Shown: one piece after another, positions 51,040-63,483 of the stretch
How the letters are laid out: each line of letters starts with the position of its first letter
Numbering within the stretch: position 1 is the first letter of the stretch
Assembly: GCA_043228905.1 (NCBI GenBank)
Contig: JBHGNT010000008.1
Coordinates: forward strand, 12,834,001-12,898,000
Reading direction: 5' to 3'
DNA: 64,000 nucleotides
Source of the DNA: Azolla caroliniana
Lineage: Eukaryota > Plantae > Polypodiophyta
Notes under the pieces: generated by a model
What the model was told of the DNA's origin: nothing
The model's database searches: none
What the model saw: only the letters and a program-made list of their open reading frames with translations
Translations under genes and position numbers: made by a program

Positions 51040-52881
51040 TGCCTCAACTAAGCAAAGGAAGCCATGGAAAAGGCTCAAGTTAGGTACAAGAAGTATGTCA
51101 ACCTCAAGTGTAGGCATAAGGAATATGAAGTGGGTCATTTGGTGTTCGTCAAGATAGATAGCAAACGATTCATTCTTCCAAAGGGCATCACTCCAAAGCT
51201 TGGTTGACAATTTGATGGTCCCTTTCCCATCATCAAGAAGTAATCTCCTTTGACTTACAACGCCAAGCTACCTAAGCACATGGGTGTGCATCCAGTGTTC
51301 CACATTTCCGTGCTCAAGAGGAGTTACTTGGATGAAAATCACGAGGAAATGGCGATTCAAAGGGATCCCACTTTGGTGATTGACAAAGGCAACGACTTCG
51401 TCTTGGAAACTATCCTTTGTCATTAGGATCGACCCAACCAAAATGGAACCTAATAGGCTCTACTTTTGCTACTAGAAAGGCAACCCCATTGAAGAAAATT
51501 CATGGCAACAAGGTGCCACCTTGTGTCAATTTGAGGATATAATTAACGCATATAAGTCCCTTCACTCTTTTGAAACGAAGAGGGGATGCCTTCTTCAAAA
51601 GGGGGGAATGTAACACATCCAATGTGTTGAGGGGTTCCGTGATTGGAACCACAACTCCACCTCAACGGATTGAAGTGAGAGCCTTCTCAACGGATAGAGA
51701 AAGCGCACATGACTCAAGGAGCCCACACCACCTCGAGAAATTGAGGTGAGGGCCTTCTCAACGAATAGAGAAGGCGCCCATGTCTCAAGTTGTGAGTTAT
51801 GGGCTTGTGGCATTGTCGTGAAGCAATTGATTCACAATATAAAACAAGCTCAAATGTCATATCAAATGAAATTTGTAAGCCTTGAACTCATAACCTTGTA
51901 TACCAAATACAAAGTACAAGTATTTAGAATAAGCTATTTTAATATATATTCTATATATTTGCCCTATGTCTATTGTCATACATGGGAACTTGAGTAAACA
52001 AGCTAGCTATCATGCATCACATGTGTCATGGGACCTATTAAACTGGACAGAGGGTGGTTGGGCGGTATGTTCAACGGGTCCAAATACTTCACCTAGTCAT
52101 CCCTACACAGTCAAGTAGTGTTAATAATGCAAGTCTGAGTCTAATCATAAAAAAATAATCGGTTTGTCATACACCATCCTCGTCAATTCATCGATTGTTA
52201 TGCCTCCCACCGGGTCCTTCAACAATATTTCTTGCATTTCAAAAGGCATGCATTCCCTTGGACTCTCCTCTCCATCTTCGTCATAGCCTTCGTCTTATAA
52301 AGCCTTCATTCACCTGAAGCTTGGGTGCTCGAGGAGGTCTCATTGTCCCATTGTCAACATATTTCAAAGACGGATACACGCTTTCTTAAACACGGGCCAA
52401 TTTGAAATGAGCATCTCGTTTCGAAGGAGGCTTAGGTCTCACATCTCTTGAGACGAGAGAGGATGGTTCTATGAAGCATCAAGTCACACCCACCCAAACC
52501 AACCTCCTCTCAAACTCTCTTACATACTTAGGTCATCATCATTGTGATGCTCATCAGTCATCACTCAACCCACTCCATTTATTATGTCCTTTTTCTTCGT
52601 TTCTCGAGGAGCCGTAGAAACCATATTTATTTCGTCGAGCAGTAGTGTTGTTTCACACACCACCCAGATGTGGCCTCTCTGCTTGGATTTCAAGTATTCT
52701 TGTGTGCGTGTGGACAGGCAACTCTCTTCGCGTTCTCCTCTCGGGGGATCTTGTCTTCAAATGCTCTTCTCGTGAAGCAGACATAACCACCCTCTTGCTC
52801 ACTCTTAGCCACGTAACTTAATCAAACCAAACAAATTAGACTACAAACGAAACCCTTCAAACATAAGTTGTACAAACTACA
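51040..52881 (+). mobile_element. Gypsy chromovirus 3' remnant (integrase C-terminus, chromodomain, PPT, putative LTR from 51609)
   Basis: AKEAMEKAQVRYKKY..GPFPIIKK..HPVFHISVLK. PPT AAAAGGGGGGAA followed by TGTAACAC. The LTR right end is uncertain. Confidence 0.65.
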
Positions 52882-52899
52882 TTGGTATCACAAAGATAT

Positions 52900-54000
52900 A
52901 TGGATTGGGAGGAGGATCTTCTAGTTGTGGTGGCTTGAGCTCTCCATGGGAACTAACCTTGTTGCCTTTGTAGCTATCCATGCGCTACCATGTGGAGGTT
53001 GAGCTTGTGTAACTATCGACTCTTGAATCCAACTTGACAGGTCGATAACTTTGCATAGATCATGTGTTGTCACCACTTTATTTCTCCTTGTTCTCTATGT
53101 ATATCTGTCTACCGAGACAAAGATCTTACCAAGGCTGTGGCCTTGAGTTCTTGTAAACACTCTAATAGTGATTTGGTTTGGAGTGTTTCGGCCCTTGTGG
53201 TTTTTCCCCATTTAGTGATTCCACGCAAAACTTTTATATTGGCTCGTTTTTTTGTTTTACTTGTTGTTATACCTGCTTGTTGGCCGAATAGCTAGAGATA
53301 GACTTGTAAGTCGGTTGTTTGACCCTATATTCCCACCAAACTGGTATTAGAGTGAGGTTTTCTCTCCTGAAGTTGTGGAATATGGACAAATCCCTCGACG
53401 GGATGTTCAAGCTGATCGGCCCAAACTATTCTGTTTGGAAGTTGAAAATGAGGGAGATGCTAGTGTGCAAGGATATGTGGTTGCTAGTACAATTTGGCAA
53501 GGATAGACATGATAAGATAGATGCATTGGATTGGGAAGCTATGCATTTAAAGGCAGCCACATACGTATAGTGTCTTATAGACATGAGTCTATAGAACAAC
53601 TTCAATGATGACACTGAAGTAGATGCCTCGTGGAAGAAGATACGGAGTATGTTTGAGACAAAAAATGCGTGAAATAGAGTCTCCATCTTTAGGAAGATAG
53701 CGAGGCTGAGATACCAGGATGTCTCAAGCATGATTAAGCACCTGAATGCCTTTCAAGGGCTGATTAATCAAACCATCTCTCTAGAAATACCTCCAGTAGA
53801 TGAGGTATTAGCCTTGTTGTTGCTAGGCTCTCTTCCAGACAACCGGGAGAACACTTGTGGTGACCCACCCTAGACATGTTAAAGTCAAGTTTGCTGAATG
53901 ATGAAACTCGACGAAATGTCAAAGAGTTCAGCTTTGACCATAAGGCCCTCGTCATAGAAAGTGACTCCAGTAGAGGAAGGTGAAGGCAGAGAGGTCCTCA
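52900..54000 (+). mobile_element. Copia (Tork-like) 5' remnant: partial LTR, PBS, decayed gag
   Basis: U5 motif GTGGTTTTTCCC. PBS TGGTATTAGAG at ~53342. Gag MFKLIGPNYSVWKLKMREML..KIARLRY..LLGSLPD. Confidence 0.75.
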
Positions 54001-54441
54001 TGTTTATCCTGGACTAGATGTTACCCACAAACACGTAAGTACTCCATATTGGAATACAATCCAAAGATGTGGTCGGAGGTATAGTAATAATCCGCGTATA
54101 CAATCCGTCAATGCGGATAACAATTACAAATCAACAACACACTAATACACACATAAGATAAAACATTCAAGTACACAAATCTTCCAATTAAATTATATCA
54201 CTTGCGCCGTAGAACTTTACAATCCGGAATCCTTTTATTGGAAGCCGGTTCTGATACAAAATGGTGTCCATCCGGATAGGTACATCCTTCCGAATTTGAC
54301 ACCCCTTTGAATAATATCTCTTCATATCTACTAATATTCCTAATTATCCTAATTATCCTAATTATCCGGTATTCGGATTCACTTTCTTTCTAGACTGTTT
54401 TCTGGGTCTCCAATCCTTCGGCTCTATTTTTTTGGGCAACA
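54001..54441 (-). mobile_element. Putative LTR (TGTT...AACA)
   Basis: Sharp TGTTTATCC start interrupts the Copia gag and the segment ends GGGCAACA. The flanks do not form a TSD. Confidence 0.5.
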
Positions 54442-55229
54442 CTTAGTATGCCTGTGGGATAGTGCCTTGCATGTCGGACCCACATGGCCATAGCTATCCT
54501 CCAATATATCCAGAATATTCGGCTCTGTCGGTTTGGGTCGTTGGTCCTCTTCTTCAGGTTGAGTTTTTCTTCTTCTAGTTGAGTTTTTGCTTGTTGCTAT
54601 GGTAGACTTCCCCCAAGCAACTATTCTTCCTCTATTGTTCATGGTCACCGTGATTCCTCATCTTCAGCCCTTTGTTGCGGTGGTTCTTGCTCCACCAGTT
54701 GCTCTGCCCGTTTCTTAGCCTGTTCCTCCTCTGTGAGTGTCTGTTCCAGCCCCACCACCAATTGCTCCTCATCACTAATAATGGTCTATTCATCTTGGTT
54801 GTTAGTGTTCTGTTGTTTTGCCAATTGAACTCTCTCTTGCTCATAAGCTTCGAACTCCAATGTCAACTGCAATTGATCATCCTCAAACTCCAACAATTTC
54901 CAAACTTCATCGGTTTGCACTTGAGCCATAGCATAAAAATCCTCTGATAATTCCTTCCGGATTGTGATGAGATTTTTTTCATCAATTTTGTAAAAGTGTT
55001 CTCTGGACTTTTCCCTATTCTCTGCATCGGCACGGAATACTTGCCGTTTTGCTGCTTTCTCCGACCATTCTCTCCATATCATAGCAGAACATTCCTCAAG
55101 TTTTTCCCTCATTCATTTCCACCAGTTATCTACAACCATCCGGATTATTTTTATCCCCATCTCAATCTTCTCTTCCATGGTCTGCTTCTCCTGCTTCAAC
55201 TGCATAATCTGATGTGCCGTTGTTGTTGT

Positions 55230-56186
55230 TGTTGGGGCTTGTCCACTCAAGTGGAGCCCACAACATTGAGTCGGCTGAACGCCGAATAGGCTTAAGGCAA
55301 ATTATAAGAAAAGTTATAATTAGTTGTATTTATATTTATATATATATGTATGCATTTTTCTTTTTTGTATGTTTTTTGGTGTGTGTCTTTTGTGTGTGTG
55401 AGTGTGAGCACAGGTATGTAGACGTTGGACAACAAGGAGAAATATATAAAAAAGGGAGAAGGGGGAAAACAGAGTGCTATCTGATTTTCTGAGAGTATAG
55501 AGAGCAAAAATAGAAAACTGAGAGAAGAACAGAAAACAAAGAGAGAGAAACAAAAAACGAAAAAAGGAAGAACAAAAAACAGAGAGAGAGAAACATAAAA
55601 CGAAAGAGCGAGCAAGAGGAAGAGTGAACTACTGTCACAGATATAGAGACATGCGAGGGGCTATTCGTGCTATCGAAGAACCACGATTGAACAACACCTA
55701 TCTTGTCTACTTGTTTCAGGTTTCTTCGTTTTATGTTTTTCTAGTTTCCGTTTTCTTTGGTTTTCTATCCACCCAGTTGGGTGAGGAATTATAATCTAGG
55801 TCATTGTTGTATCCATCCAATTGGGTGAAGATAGTAGCCAAGGCTGTTGCCTTGAGGCTAGGACATTCCTCTAGTCAAAACCTAGAGAGTTCATACACAA
55901 TTTGTAATCCTTGTTATTCTATCCACCCGATTGGGTGAAGGTTGTAACCAAGGCCATTGCCTTGAGGTAGATACACCCCTCTAGTGAGGTCGTATTTCGT
56001 TGTACTCAAAGATATAGTGAAGTTGTTTGGAACCTACGGTTCCCGTGATTTTTCCCTATTTTGGGTTTTCCACGTTAATATTTTTGGTGTACTCTCATTT
56101 TCGTCTCGTGGTTTCATCTATTGTTTAATTTGTCTTGATTGAGTTGGTAGTCCAAATCATCCCGATTCGGATCCATATTCCTAATA
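55230..56186 (+). mobile_element. Solo LTR (957 bp)
   Basis: TGTTGGGG...TTCCTAATA with TSD GTTGT/GTTGC. U5 motif TTTTTCCCTATTTTGGGTTTTCCACGT. Three internal TATCCAYCCRRTTGGGTGA repeats. Confidence 0.78.
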
Positions 56187-57830
56187 GTTGCTTGGACCTC
56201 ATATGCTGCCAACTAAGTTTGATATGTGGTTTGTACTTTTGTCAACACTTATCTAGATTGTCGAGAGATCATCCCAACATCCGGTCTGGGTCCTCCAACA
56301 ACTTAGCCTTCTCCTTCTCTGCCTCTTCTATCATCTTCACCTTTGTTTCCTCAAAGATTTTGACTTGCAACATCAGTGATTTGGCCTTCTCCTTCACTTC
56401 TGCTCGTGCCTCTTTGAGCCTCTCCCATTGGTGGTCGTACTCTTTTTCTAGTTCCTTGTGATCTAGATAGAGTTTCTCGAAATCCGCTTGCTTTTCCTTT
56501 AGGCGTCGGTTATTCTGTGCAGGCAACTGATCATCCCGTTCCTTCTGTTGTCGGAGCTCCGCCTTCAGCCTTTCGATTTCCGTTTCTGCCATTCTTTTTC
56601 GTTTTTCTTTTTCTTGATGAATTGGTTCTTTCTTGTCCTTTAGCTGGCCTGGGCTTCCTTGGACCCATCGGAGTCCTTCGTCCATCTTCGGTTTCTCTTC
56701 TTCGGCTACTTGCTGCAACTATTTTTCTTTCTCAATCACAACTGCTTGCGCTGATATGTCTTCTTTTGAGCTTTCTATCTCCTGCTCCCTTATTTTTCCC
56801 GTCTGGCTAGATTTTCTTTTTTCGGTTCCTTTCCGCAACAGGTTCATCTTTCCGGTCCTCTCCATCATTGTGTCCGGTACAACCGTTTCTAGTTTCTGAA
56901 CCTGGCTCTCTGATTCCGGCGTTGTTGTCCGATCATGGCCTTTTCCCGCATGTGTAGCCAATAACTCATTGGCGCACTTTAGCTCTTCCTCTGGTACTTC
57001 GATTTGGCCCTTGCCTCTGTCAATTGCTTGGCCATATCTGACTTGTCTTTATGTGTAGGTATGCTGTCCCATTCCTTTCGCTCTGCTGCCATCCATGATG
57101 CCGCTATGGTGACCTGCGCCCCCCAACCATTCTACTAATTGTTGGCAGGTTCCAAATTGTGTGATTGCCGCAAACTCATGCACGACATTCGGTATATCCA
57201 AATATGTCCCCCCGACTATTTCTAACAGGTGATCCTGCTGCCCCTTAAGCACGTTCTCTCGATCGCTCTGGCTTAGCGACCAACTCCTCCTAATGTCAGT
57301 CGACTGGCCTGTTTCCGCGTTCTCCGGTTGCCTTCACCGAGTCCTTCTACTTCAGCTTAATTCGAAGTGTCTTTACCAGTTCCGATACTGCTCCCCCTCA
57401 TTATGATTGGGGGTGATCTTAGAGAGCCCTTGCCTAGCCAATTAGTTACCTATTGGGCCATAATTTGTTGCCGTTTTGACTGCTACTGTGTTACCTCTGC
57501 CCTTTTCTTCCTTTTTGCTTTAATGGTCAATTGCGATAGTGCTAATATTGTTAGCCACTGGGCTATGACCGGCCACACCTTGCCGTCGGTGACTGCTGCA
57601 ATCGCTGCCATGATTACGCTCCAATCCACCTGCAACCCTTCATATGTCGCTATGATAAATCCGGTTCTATTCTTTGGCATGGCCTACGGCCTTGGGTACA
57701 CGAATCCCTATTCTAACAGTATGTTTGCAACTTCTTTAAATAAAACATCCGAACCACCTTGTGTCCGGTAGGCCTTGCTCACCGAAGTATGCGACCAAAA
57801 TATCGGTTTTTGAATTTTCAATGGACCGCA

Positions 57831-60800
57831 TGTTGTGTAAAGGCGTCCCTCCTTGCGGGGGAGTCGGCCGAAAAGTCGACTTGAGTGTCGACTGGTCGAA
57901 ATCGGCCGAAAAGCCGAAAGGAGTCGAATTACCGAAATCGGCCGAAAAACCGAAAAATCGAATTTGGTCGAAATTCGTAAAGTAAAAGAATAGTCGGTTG
58001 CGAAGAACCAAATCGGGGGTTAGCTGATCAAATTCGGTGAGAGAGTCAAATTCGTATTCAGTCGAATAGACACACATATACATATACATATGTCTTCTAC
58101 ATTCAAAGAAGAAAATGACTTAGTATATATATGCTAACAGGCCTGGTAGTGCGTCTGTATGCGGGATAACTCACTAAGAGTGAAATAGTGAGAAAAGGGG
58201 AAAACCTACATAGCGTATGTGAGGGTGTGATATATATATATATATATATATATATCTGAGAGAAAAACGAGTTGTGTGTGTGTGTGGTAAATCTGAGAAC
58301 GACTGGTTTTCTGCACAGTAGTGGCTGTGTAAGAGTATACGTACTCAGAAGCTAAGTAAGAAGAAAAGAAGTGTGAAGCAAAAGAGAAAAAGACAGAGAA
58401 GCTTCGGAAGCTTCGGAAGGAATAGTCACCTGCGTGCTAGAGTTTGAAGAGCTTGACTGAAATCGTGGTTTCAGTACATGCTCATACCAAATCAAGTTTC
58501 ATTGTTCTGTGATTGTATTCTGTCATTTCTCATAGTGAAATTTCTGTTCCGTGGTTTTTCCCTAAATCAGGGTTTTCCACGTAAATTGTGTGTTCTTTCT
58601 TATTTCCTGTTTGCGTCTAAGTTCAATTTCTGATTTCGAATCGGAGTGAAACTCTTTCAAACTGGTATCAGAGCATAGGTTCTAGATGGAAGGGAGCGTG
58701 AGTGGCTTTCCTGGGATGATTGTCTTGAACTCACAAAACTATTCAGATTGGAAGATCAAAATGGAAGATCTCCTAATAGTAAAAAACTTGTATGAGCCTA
58801 TAGAAAACAAGGATATACCAAAGGGGGTAATAGATTCGGAGTGGAGAATCCTAAATAGGAAGGCAGTGGCGACCATAAGACAATGTATAGACATTAGTGT
58901 CCTACAACATGTAGCGAGTGACACAAATGCCTTCGAGCTATGGCATAAGCTTTCCGCTCTCTATGAAAGGAAAAATGCCTTAAATAAGACCTTCTTGATG
59001 AGGAAGATAGTGAGACTGAAGTATGTAGACGGGGAGAGTATAGTAGAGCACATTAGTGCGTTTATGGGACTAGTGAATCAGTTGGCATCATCAAAGTTCC
59101 CATTAGATGATTGTATGCAGGCCACACTATTATTATGTACTCTACCCGATAGTTGGGAAAACCTAATAGTAACACTCATCACTTCATGTAAAGAAGACAA
59201 CTTATCCTTACAAGTAGTAAAAACGACTATTCTAAATGAAGAGACAAGAAGAAAGGATAAAAGTGCTTTATCTCAATCGGAGGCTAATGTGACCCAAGAA
59301 TTTAGTAGAGGTAGAAGAGAACATAGAAGTCCAGAAAATGGGGATAGGTTTAGGTCGAAATCTAGAGGAAGACCTACATGTTTTTATTGTGGGAAGCCTG
59401 GTCACTTCCAAAAGAATTGTCGACACCTTAGGAAGGACAAAGGCATGGCTGATGAGATCGAACCTAGAAAAATCTCCGATGATAAAAATACCTCAGCCAT
59501 CGCAACTAGTGAGGAAGAGATGTTGTTCATATGTGAACAAGCTAGTGTGAATCTTGCAAGTGCTGAGAGCTCATGGGTAGTGGATTCCGGTGCATCATTT
59601 CACCTAACTCCCAAAAGAGAATGTTTCTCATCCTACACAGCGGGTGACTATGGTCATGTAAAGATGGGAAATGACAGGGAATGCAAGATTGTGGGCATAG
59701 GAACTGTGTGCTTGCTAACATCTACAGGCTGCAGGTTAATGTTGAAGGATGTACGTCATGTTCCGGATGTCAGGTTGAACTTGATATCGGCTGGACGGCT
59801 AGACGATGAAGGGTACAACGGTGGCTTCCAAAATGGTTCATGGAAGTTCTGTAAAGGGAGCCTGATCGTGGCTCGAGCCCAAAAACAGAACACACTATAT
59901 GTAATGCATGGGAAGTTGTGTCGAGAGGAAGCAAATGTAGTGGCTGGCTCAGATGGTGAGTTGTGGCATAAAAGGCTCGGACATATGAGTGAAAGGGGAA
60001 TGCATATCCTTGCGGAAAAGGATTTCCTACCAGAGGTGAAAGGAGTGCATTTGGAAAAGTGTGTGGATTGCCTGGCTGGAAAGCAAAATAGAACAACGTT
60101 TCACTCTAGGCCTCCAATGAGGAGAGAGCATGCCTTAGAGTTGGTTCACACCGATGTATGTTATGTTGATGCCCCATCTCATCGTGGAGGACAATACTTT
60201 GTCACATTTATTGATGACTTCAGTAGGAAAGTGTGGGCTTATGTGCTGGTGTCTAAAGACCAAGTGTTGTTGGTCTTTAAAGAGTTTCATGCCAGGGCAG
60301 AAAGAGAATCCGGACAGAAGCTGAAGGCTGTCCGGACAGATAACGGTGGCGAATATAGAGTCCAATTTGAGATGTATTGCAAGACTCAAGGCATCAAACT
60401 TGAGTATACGGTGCCGAAGACACCTGAGCTAAATGGTCTAGCAGAAAGAATGAATCGTACCATAATGGAAAGGGTAAGAAGCATGTTGGCACATGCAAAA
60501 TTGCCAAAATCATATTGGGCTGAAGCAATGTTGACGACTGTTTATCTCATAAACAGGTCTCCATCAGTGCCTTTGAAGGGGGATGTACCACAACGAGTGT
60601 GGACAAGAAGAAATGTGTCTTATCAGCACTTAAAGGTGTTTGGATGTTTGGCCTATGTACATGTTGCTAAAGATCAGAGGTCAAAACTGGACAGCAAGTC
60701 CAAACCTTGTATATTCTTGGGGTACTCGGAAGACGAGTTTGGGTACAGAATGTGGGATCTCCTTGACAAGAAAGTGATAAGAAGTCGAGATGTCATATTC

Positions 60801-63483
60801 ATGGAAGACAAGACAATCGAGGACTGGGAGCAACAAAGACCAGAGTCGTCTCCCAAATCGATCACTGCTATGGAGTCAATACTAGTCGATCCGACTCCCA
60901 CACAACAATCGGCTAATGAAATTGAATTTGAGTCGGTCGACACCCAACATCTGACTGATACACACGAATTGGAGTCGGAAGATGAGTTGCTGGAAGAAAA
61001 CGGCCATCAGCCAATTATTGAAGGGAGAAGATATCCACGAAGACAAAGGAAGGTCTCTTCTAGATATCCAGCCAATCAATATGTTCTCTTGACTGATGAA
61101 GGGGAACCAGAATGCTATGAAGAGGCCATGACTGATGTACACAAGGAGAAATGGTATAATGCCATGCAAGAAGAAATGGATTCCTTGCATGAGAACCTAA
61201 CTTATGAGCTGATGGAGTTGCCTGATGGTAAGAAGGCACTTAGAAACAAATGGGTCTACAAATTAAAGACTGGTGAAGATGGTAGTACACCCAGGTATAA
61301 GGCCCGTATCGTCGTAAAGGGTTTCCAACAGAAAAAGGGTGTTGACTTTGATGAGATTTTTGCCCCAGTTGTAAAAATGACCTCTATTCGGACTGTCTTG
61401 AGTATGGCCGCTAGTATGAATCTTGAAATCGAACAACTAGATGTTAAAACAGCCTTCTTGCATGGTGAGCTAGAAGAGGAAATCTATATGCAACAACCGG
61501 AGGGCTTTGAGGTAAAAGGAAAAGAAAATCTCGTGTGTAGGTTGAAGAAAAGCTTGTATGGTTTAAAGCAAGCTCCACGACAATGGTATAAGAAATTTGA
61601 GTCCTTCATGTTGGAACATGGATTCCACAAAACACAAGCTGATCATTGTGTATTTGTGAAAAGGTATAATGAGGGTGACTTTCTTATTCTGTTGTTGTAT
61701 GTGGATGATATGTTGGTTGTTGGACAGGATGTCAAAAGGATTGCAAGCTTGAAGAAATCATTGAGCAAATCATTTGCCATGAAAGACTTAGGACCGGCAA
61801 AACAGATTTTGGGAATGCATATAGTCCGGGACAGGACTGAAAACTTGCTATGGCTGTCACAAGAGAAATATGTGACAAAAGTTTTGCAAAGGTTTAATAT
61901 GTGCGATGCAAAATCGGTCGGATCTCCATTGCCAATGGACTGTAAGTTAAATTCAGGACAATGTCCGAAATCTGAGAAAGATAAGGCAGAGATGAGAAGA
62001 GTGCCGTATGCCTCTGCGGTTGGTAGCCTTATGTATGCTATGGTTTGCACAAGGCCGGACATTGCATTTGCTGTCGGGACAGTTAGTCGATACATGGGAA
62101 ATCCTGGAAGGGAGCATTGGGAAGCTGTGAAAGGGATTCTTAGATACCTCAAAGGAACTTCGAATGTATGTCTTAGATATGGCTCCGGGAAACCTGTGCT
62201 AGAAGGTTTTATAGATTCTGACATGTCGGGTGATGTAGATTCTAGCCGATCCACATCAGGGTATGTGATGACGTATTCAGGGGGAGCTGTGTCATGGCAA
62301 TCAAGATTGCAAAAGGTTGTGGCTTTGTCTACCACCGAGGCTGAGTATATGGCTGCAGTGGAAGCCGGAAAAGAACTGATTTGGATGAGAGAGTTCTTGA
62401 ATGAACTAGGATTGAAGCAAGACAAGTACTTACTTCATTGTGACAATCAAAGTGCTATCCATCTGGCTAAAAATGCCACCTACCACTCTCGTACAAAGCA
62501 CATTCAAAGAGGGTACCATTGGTTAAGAGAAAGAGTGGAAGAAAATGAGTTTGTTCTATCTAAGATCCCCACTGAAGAAAATGGCTCAGACATGCTCACA
62601 AAAATTTTGCCTATGGAAAAACTTGTTGCATGCCGGAATAAGATTGGCTTGGTTGGTTCTCCCCCTACAGGAGTGAAGGGGGAGTTTGTTGTGTAAAGGC
62701 GTCCCTCCTTGCGGGGGAGTCGGCCGAAAAGTCGACTGGTCGAAATCAGCCGAAAAGCCGAAAGGAGTTGAATTACCGAAATCGGCCGAAAAACCGAATT
62801 TGGTCGAAATTCGGAAAGTAAAAGAATAGTCGGTTGCGAAGAACCGAATCGGGGGTTAGCTGATCGAATTCGGTGAGAGAGTCAAATTTGTATTCAGTCA
62901 AATAGACACACATATACATATACATATGTCTTCTACATTCAAAGAAGAAAATGACTTAGTATATATATGCTAACAGGCCTGGTAGTGCGTATGTATGCGG
63001 GATAACTCACTAAGAGTGAAATAGTGAGAAAAGGGGAAAACCTACATAGCGTATGTGAGGGTGTGAGATATATATATATATATATCTGAGAGAAAAACGA
63101 GTTGTGTGTGGTAAATCTGAGAACGACTGGTTTTCTGCACAGTAGTGGCTGTGTAAGAGTATACGTACTCAGAAGCTAAGTAAGAAGAAAAGAAGTGTGA
63201 AGCAAAAGAGAAAAAGACAGAGAAGCTTCGGAAGCTTCGGAAGGAATAGTCACCTGCGTGCTAGAGTTTGAAGAGCTTGACTGAAATCGTGGTTTCAGTA
63301 CATGCTCATACCAAATCAGGTTTCATTGTTCTGTGATTGTATTCTATCATTTCTCATAGTGAAATTTCTGTTCCGTGGTTTTTACCTAAATGAGGGTTTT
63401 CCACGTAAATTGTGTGTTCTTTCTTATTTCCTGTTTGCGTCTAAGTTCAATTTCTGATTTCGAATCGGAGTGAAACTCTTTCA
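57831..63483 (+). mobile_element. Intact full-length Ty1/Copia (Tnt1/Tork-like) retrotransposon
   Basis: LTRs 57831-58659 and 62687-63483. TSD CCGCA. Met PBS 58663-58674. PPT GAGTGAAGGGGGAG 62671-62684. Confidence 0.98.
58686..62696 (+). CDS. Copia Gag-Pol polyprotein (1336 aa)
   Basis: Uninterrupted ORF with CFYCGKPGHFQKNC, WVVDSGASFH, LWHKRLGH, integrase D,D,E (HTDV, RTDNGGEY, NGLAERMN), RT QLDVKTAFLHG and LYVDDML, and RNase H. Confidence 0.97.
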   Translation: MEGSVSGFPGMIVLNSQNYSDWKIKMEDLLIVKNLYEPIENKDIPKGVIDSEWRILNRKAVATIRQCIDISVLQHVASDTNAFELWHKLSALYERKNALNKTFLMRKIVRLKYVDGESIVEHISAFMGLVNQLASSKFPLDDCMQATLLLCTLPDSWENLIVTLITSCKEDNLSLQVVKTTILNEETRRKDKSALSQSEANVTQEFSRGRREHRSPENGDRFRSKSRGRPTCFYCGKPGHFQKNCRHLRKDKGMADEIEPRKISDDKNTSAIATSEEEMLFICEQASVNLASAESSWVVDSGASFHLTPKRECFSSYTAGDYGHVKMGNDRECKIVGIGTVCLLTSTGCRLMLKDVRHVPDVRLNLISAGRLDDEGYNGGFQNGSWKFCKGSLIVARAQKQNTLYVMHGKLCREEANVVAGSDGELWHKRLGHMSERGMHILAEKDFLPEVKGVHLEKCVDCLAGKQNRTTFHSRPPMRREHALELVHTDVCYVDAPSHRGGQYFVTFIDDFSRKVWAYVLVSKDQVLLVFKEFHARAERESGQKLKAVRTDNGGEYRVQFEMYCKTQGIKLEYTVPKTPELNGLAERMNRTIMERVRSMLAHAKLPKSYWAEAMLTTVYLINRSPSVPLKGDVPQRVWTRRNVSYQHLKVFGCLAYVHVAKDQRSKLDSKSKPCIFLGYSEDEFGYRMWDLLDKKVIRSRDVIFMEDKTIEDWEQQRPESSPKSITAMESILVDPTPTQQSANEIEFESVDTQHLTDTHELESEDELLEENGHQPIIEGRRYPRRQRKVSSRYPANQYVLLTDEGEPECYEEAMTDVHKEKWYNAMQEEMDSLHENLTYELMELPDGKKALRNKWVYKLKTGEDGSTPRYKARIVVKGFQQKKGVDFDEIFAPVVKMTSIRTVLSMAASMNLEIEQLDVKTAFLHGELEEEIYMQQPEGFEVKGKENLVCRLKKSLYGLKQAPRQWYKKFESFMLEHGFHKTQADHCVFVKRYNEGDFLILLLYVDDMLVVGQDVKRIASLKKSLSKSFAMKDLGPAKQILGMHIVRDRTENLLWLSQEKYVTKVLQRFNMCDAKSVGSPLPMDCKLNSGQCPKSEKDKAEMRRVPYASAVGSLMYAMVCTRPDIAFAVGTVSRYMGNPGREHWEAVKGILRYLKGTSNVCLRYGSGKPVLEGFIDSDMSGDVDSSRSTSGYVMTYSGGAVSWQSRLQKVVALSTTEAEYMAAVEAGKELIWMREFLNELGLKQDKYLLHCDNQSAIHLAKNATYHSRTKHIQRGYHWLRERVEENEFVLSKIPTEENGSDMLTKILPMEKLVACRNKIGLVGSPPTGVKGEFVV

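Noticed and set aside
61643-62425. 260-aa minus-strand ORF
   Set aside because: It is the antisense shadow of Copia RT/RNase H, common in this superfamily.
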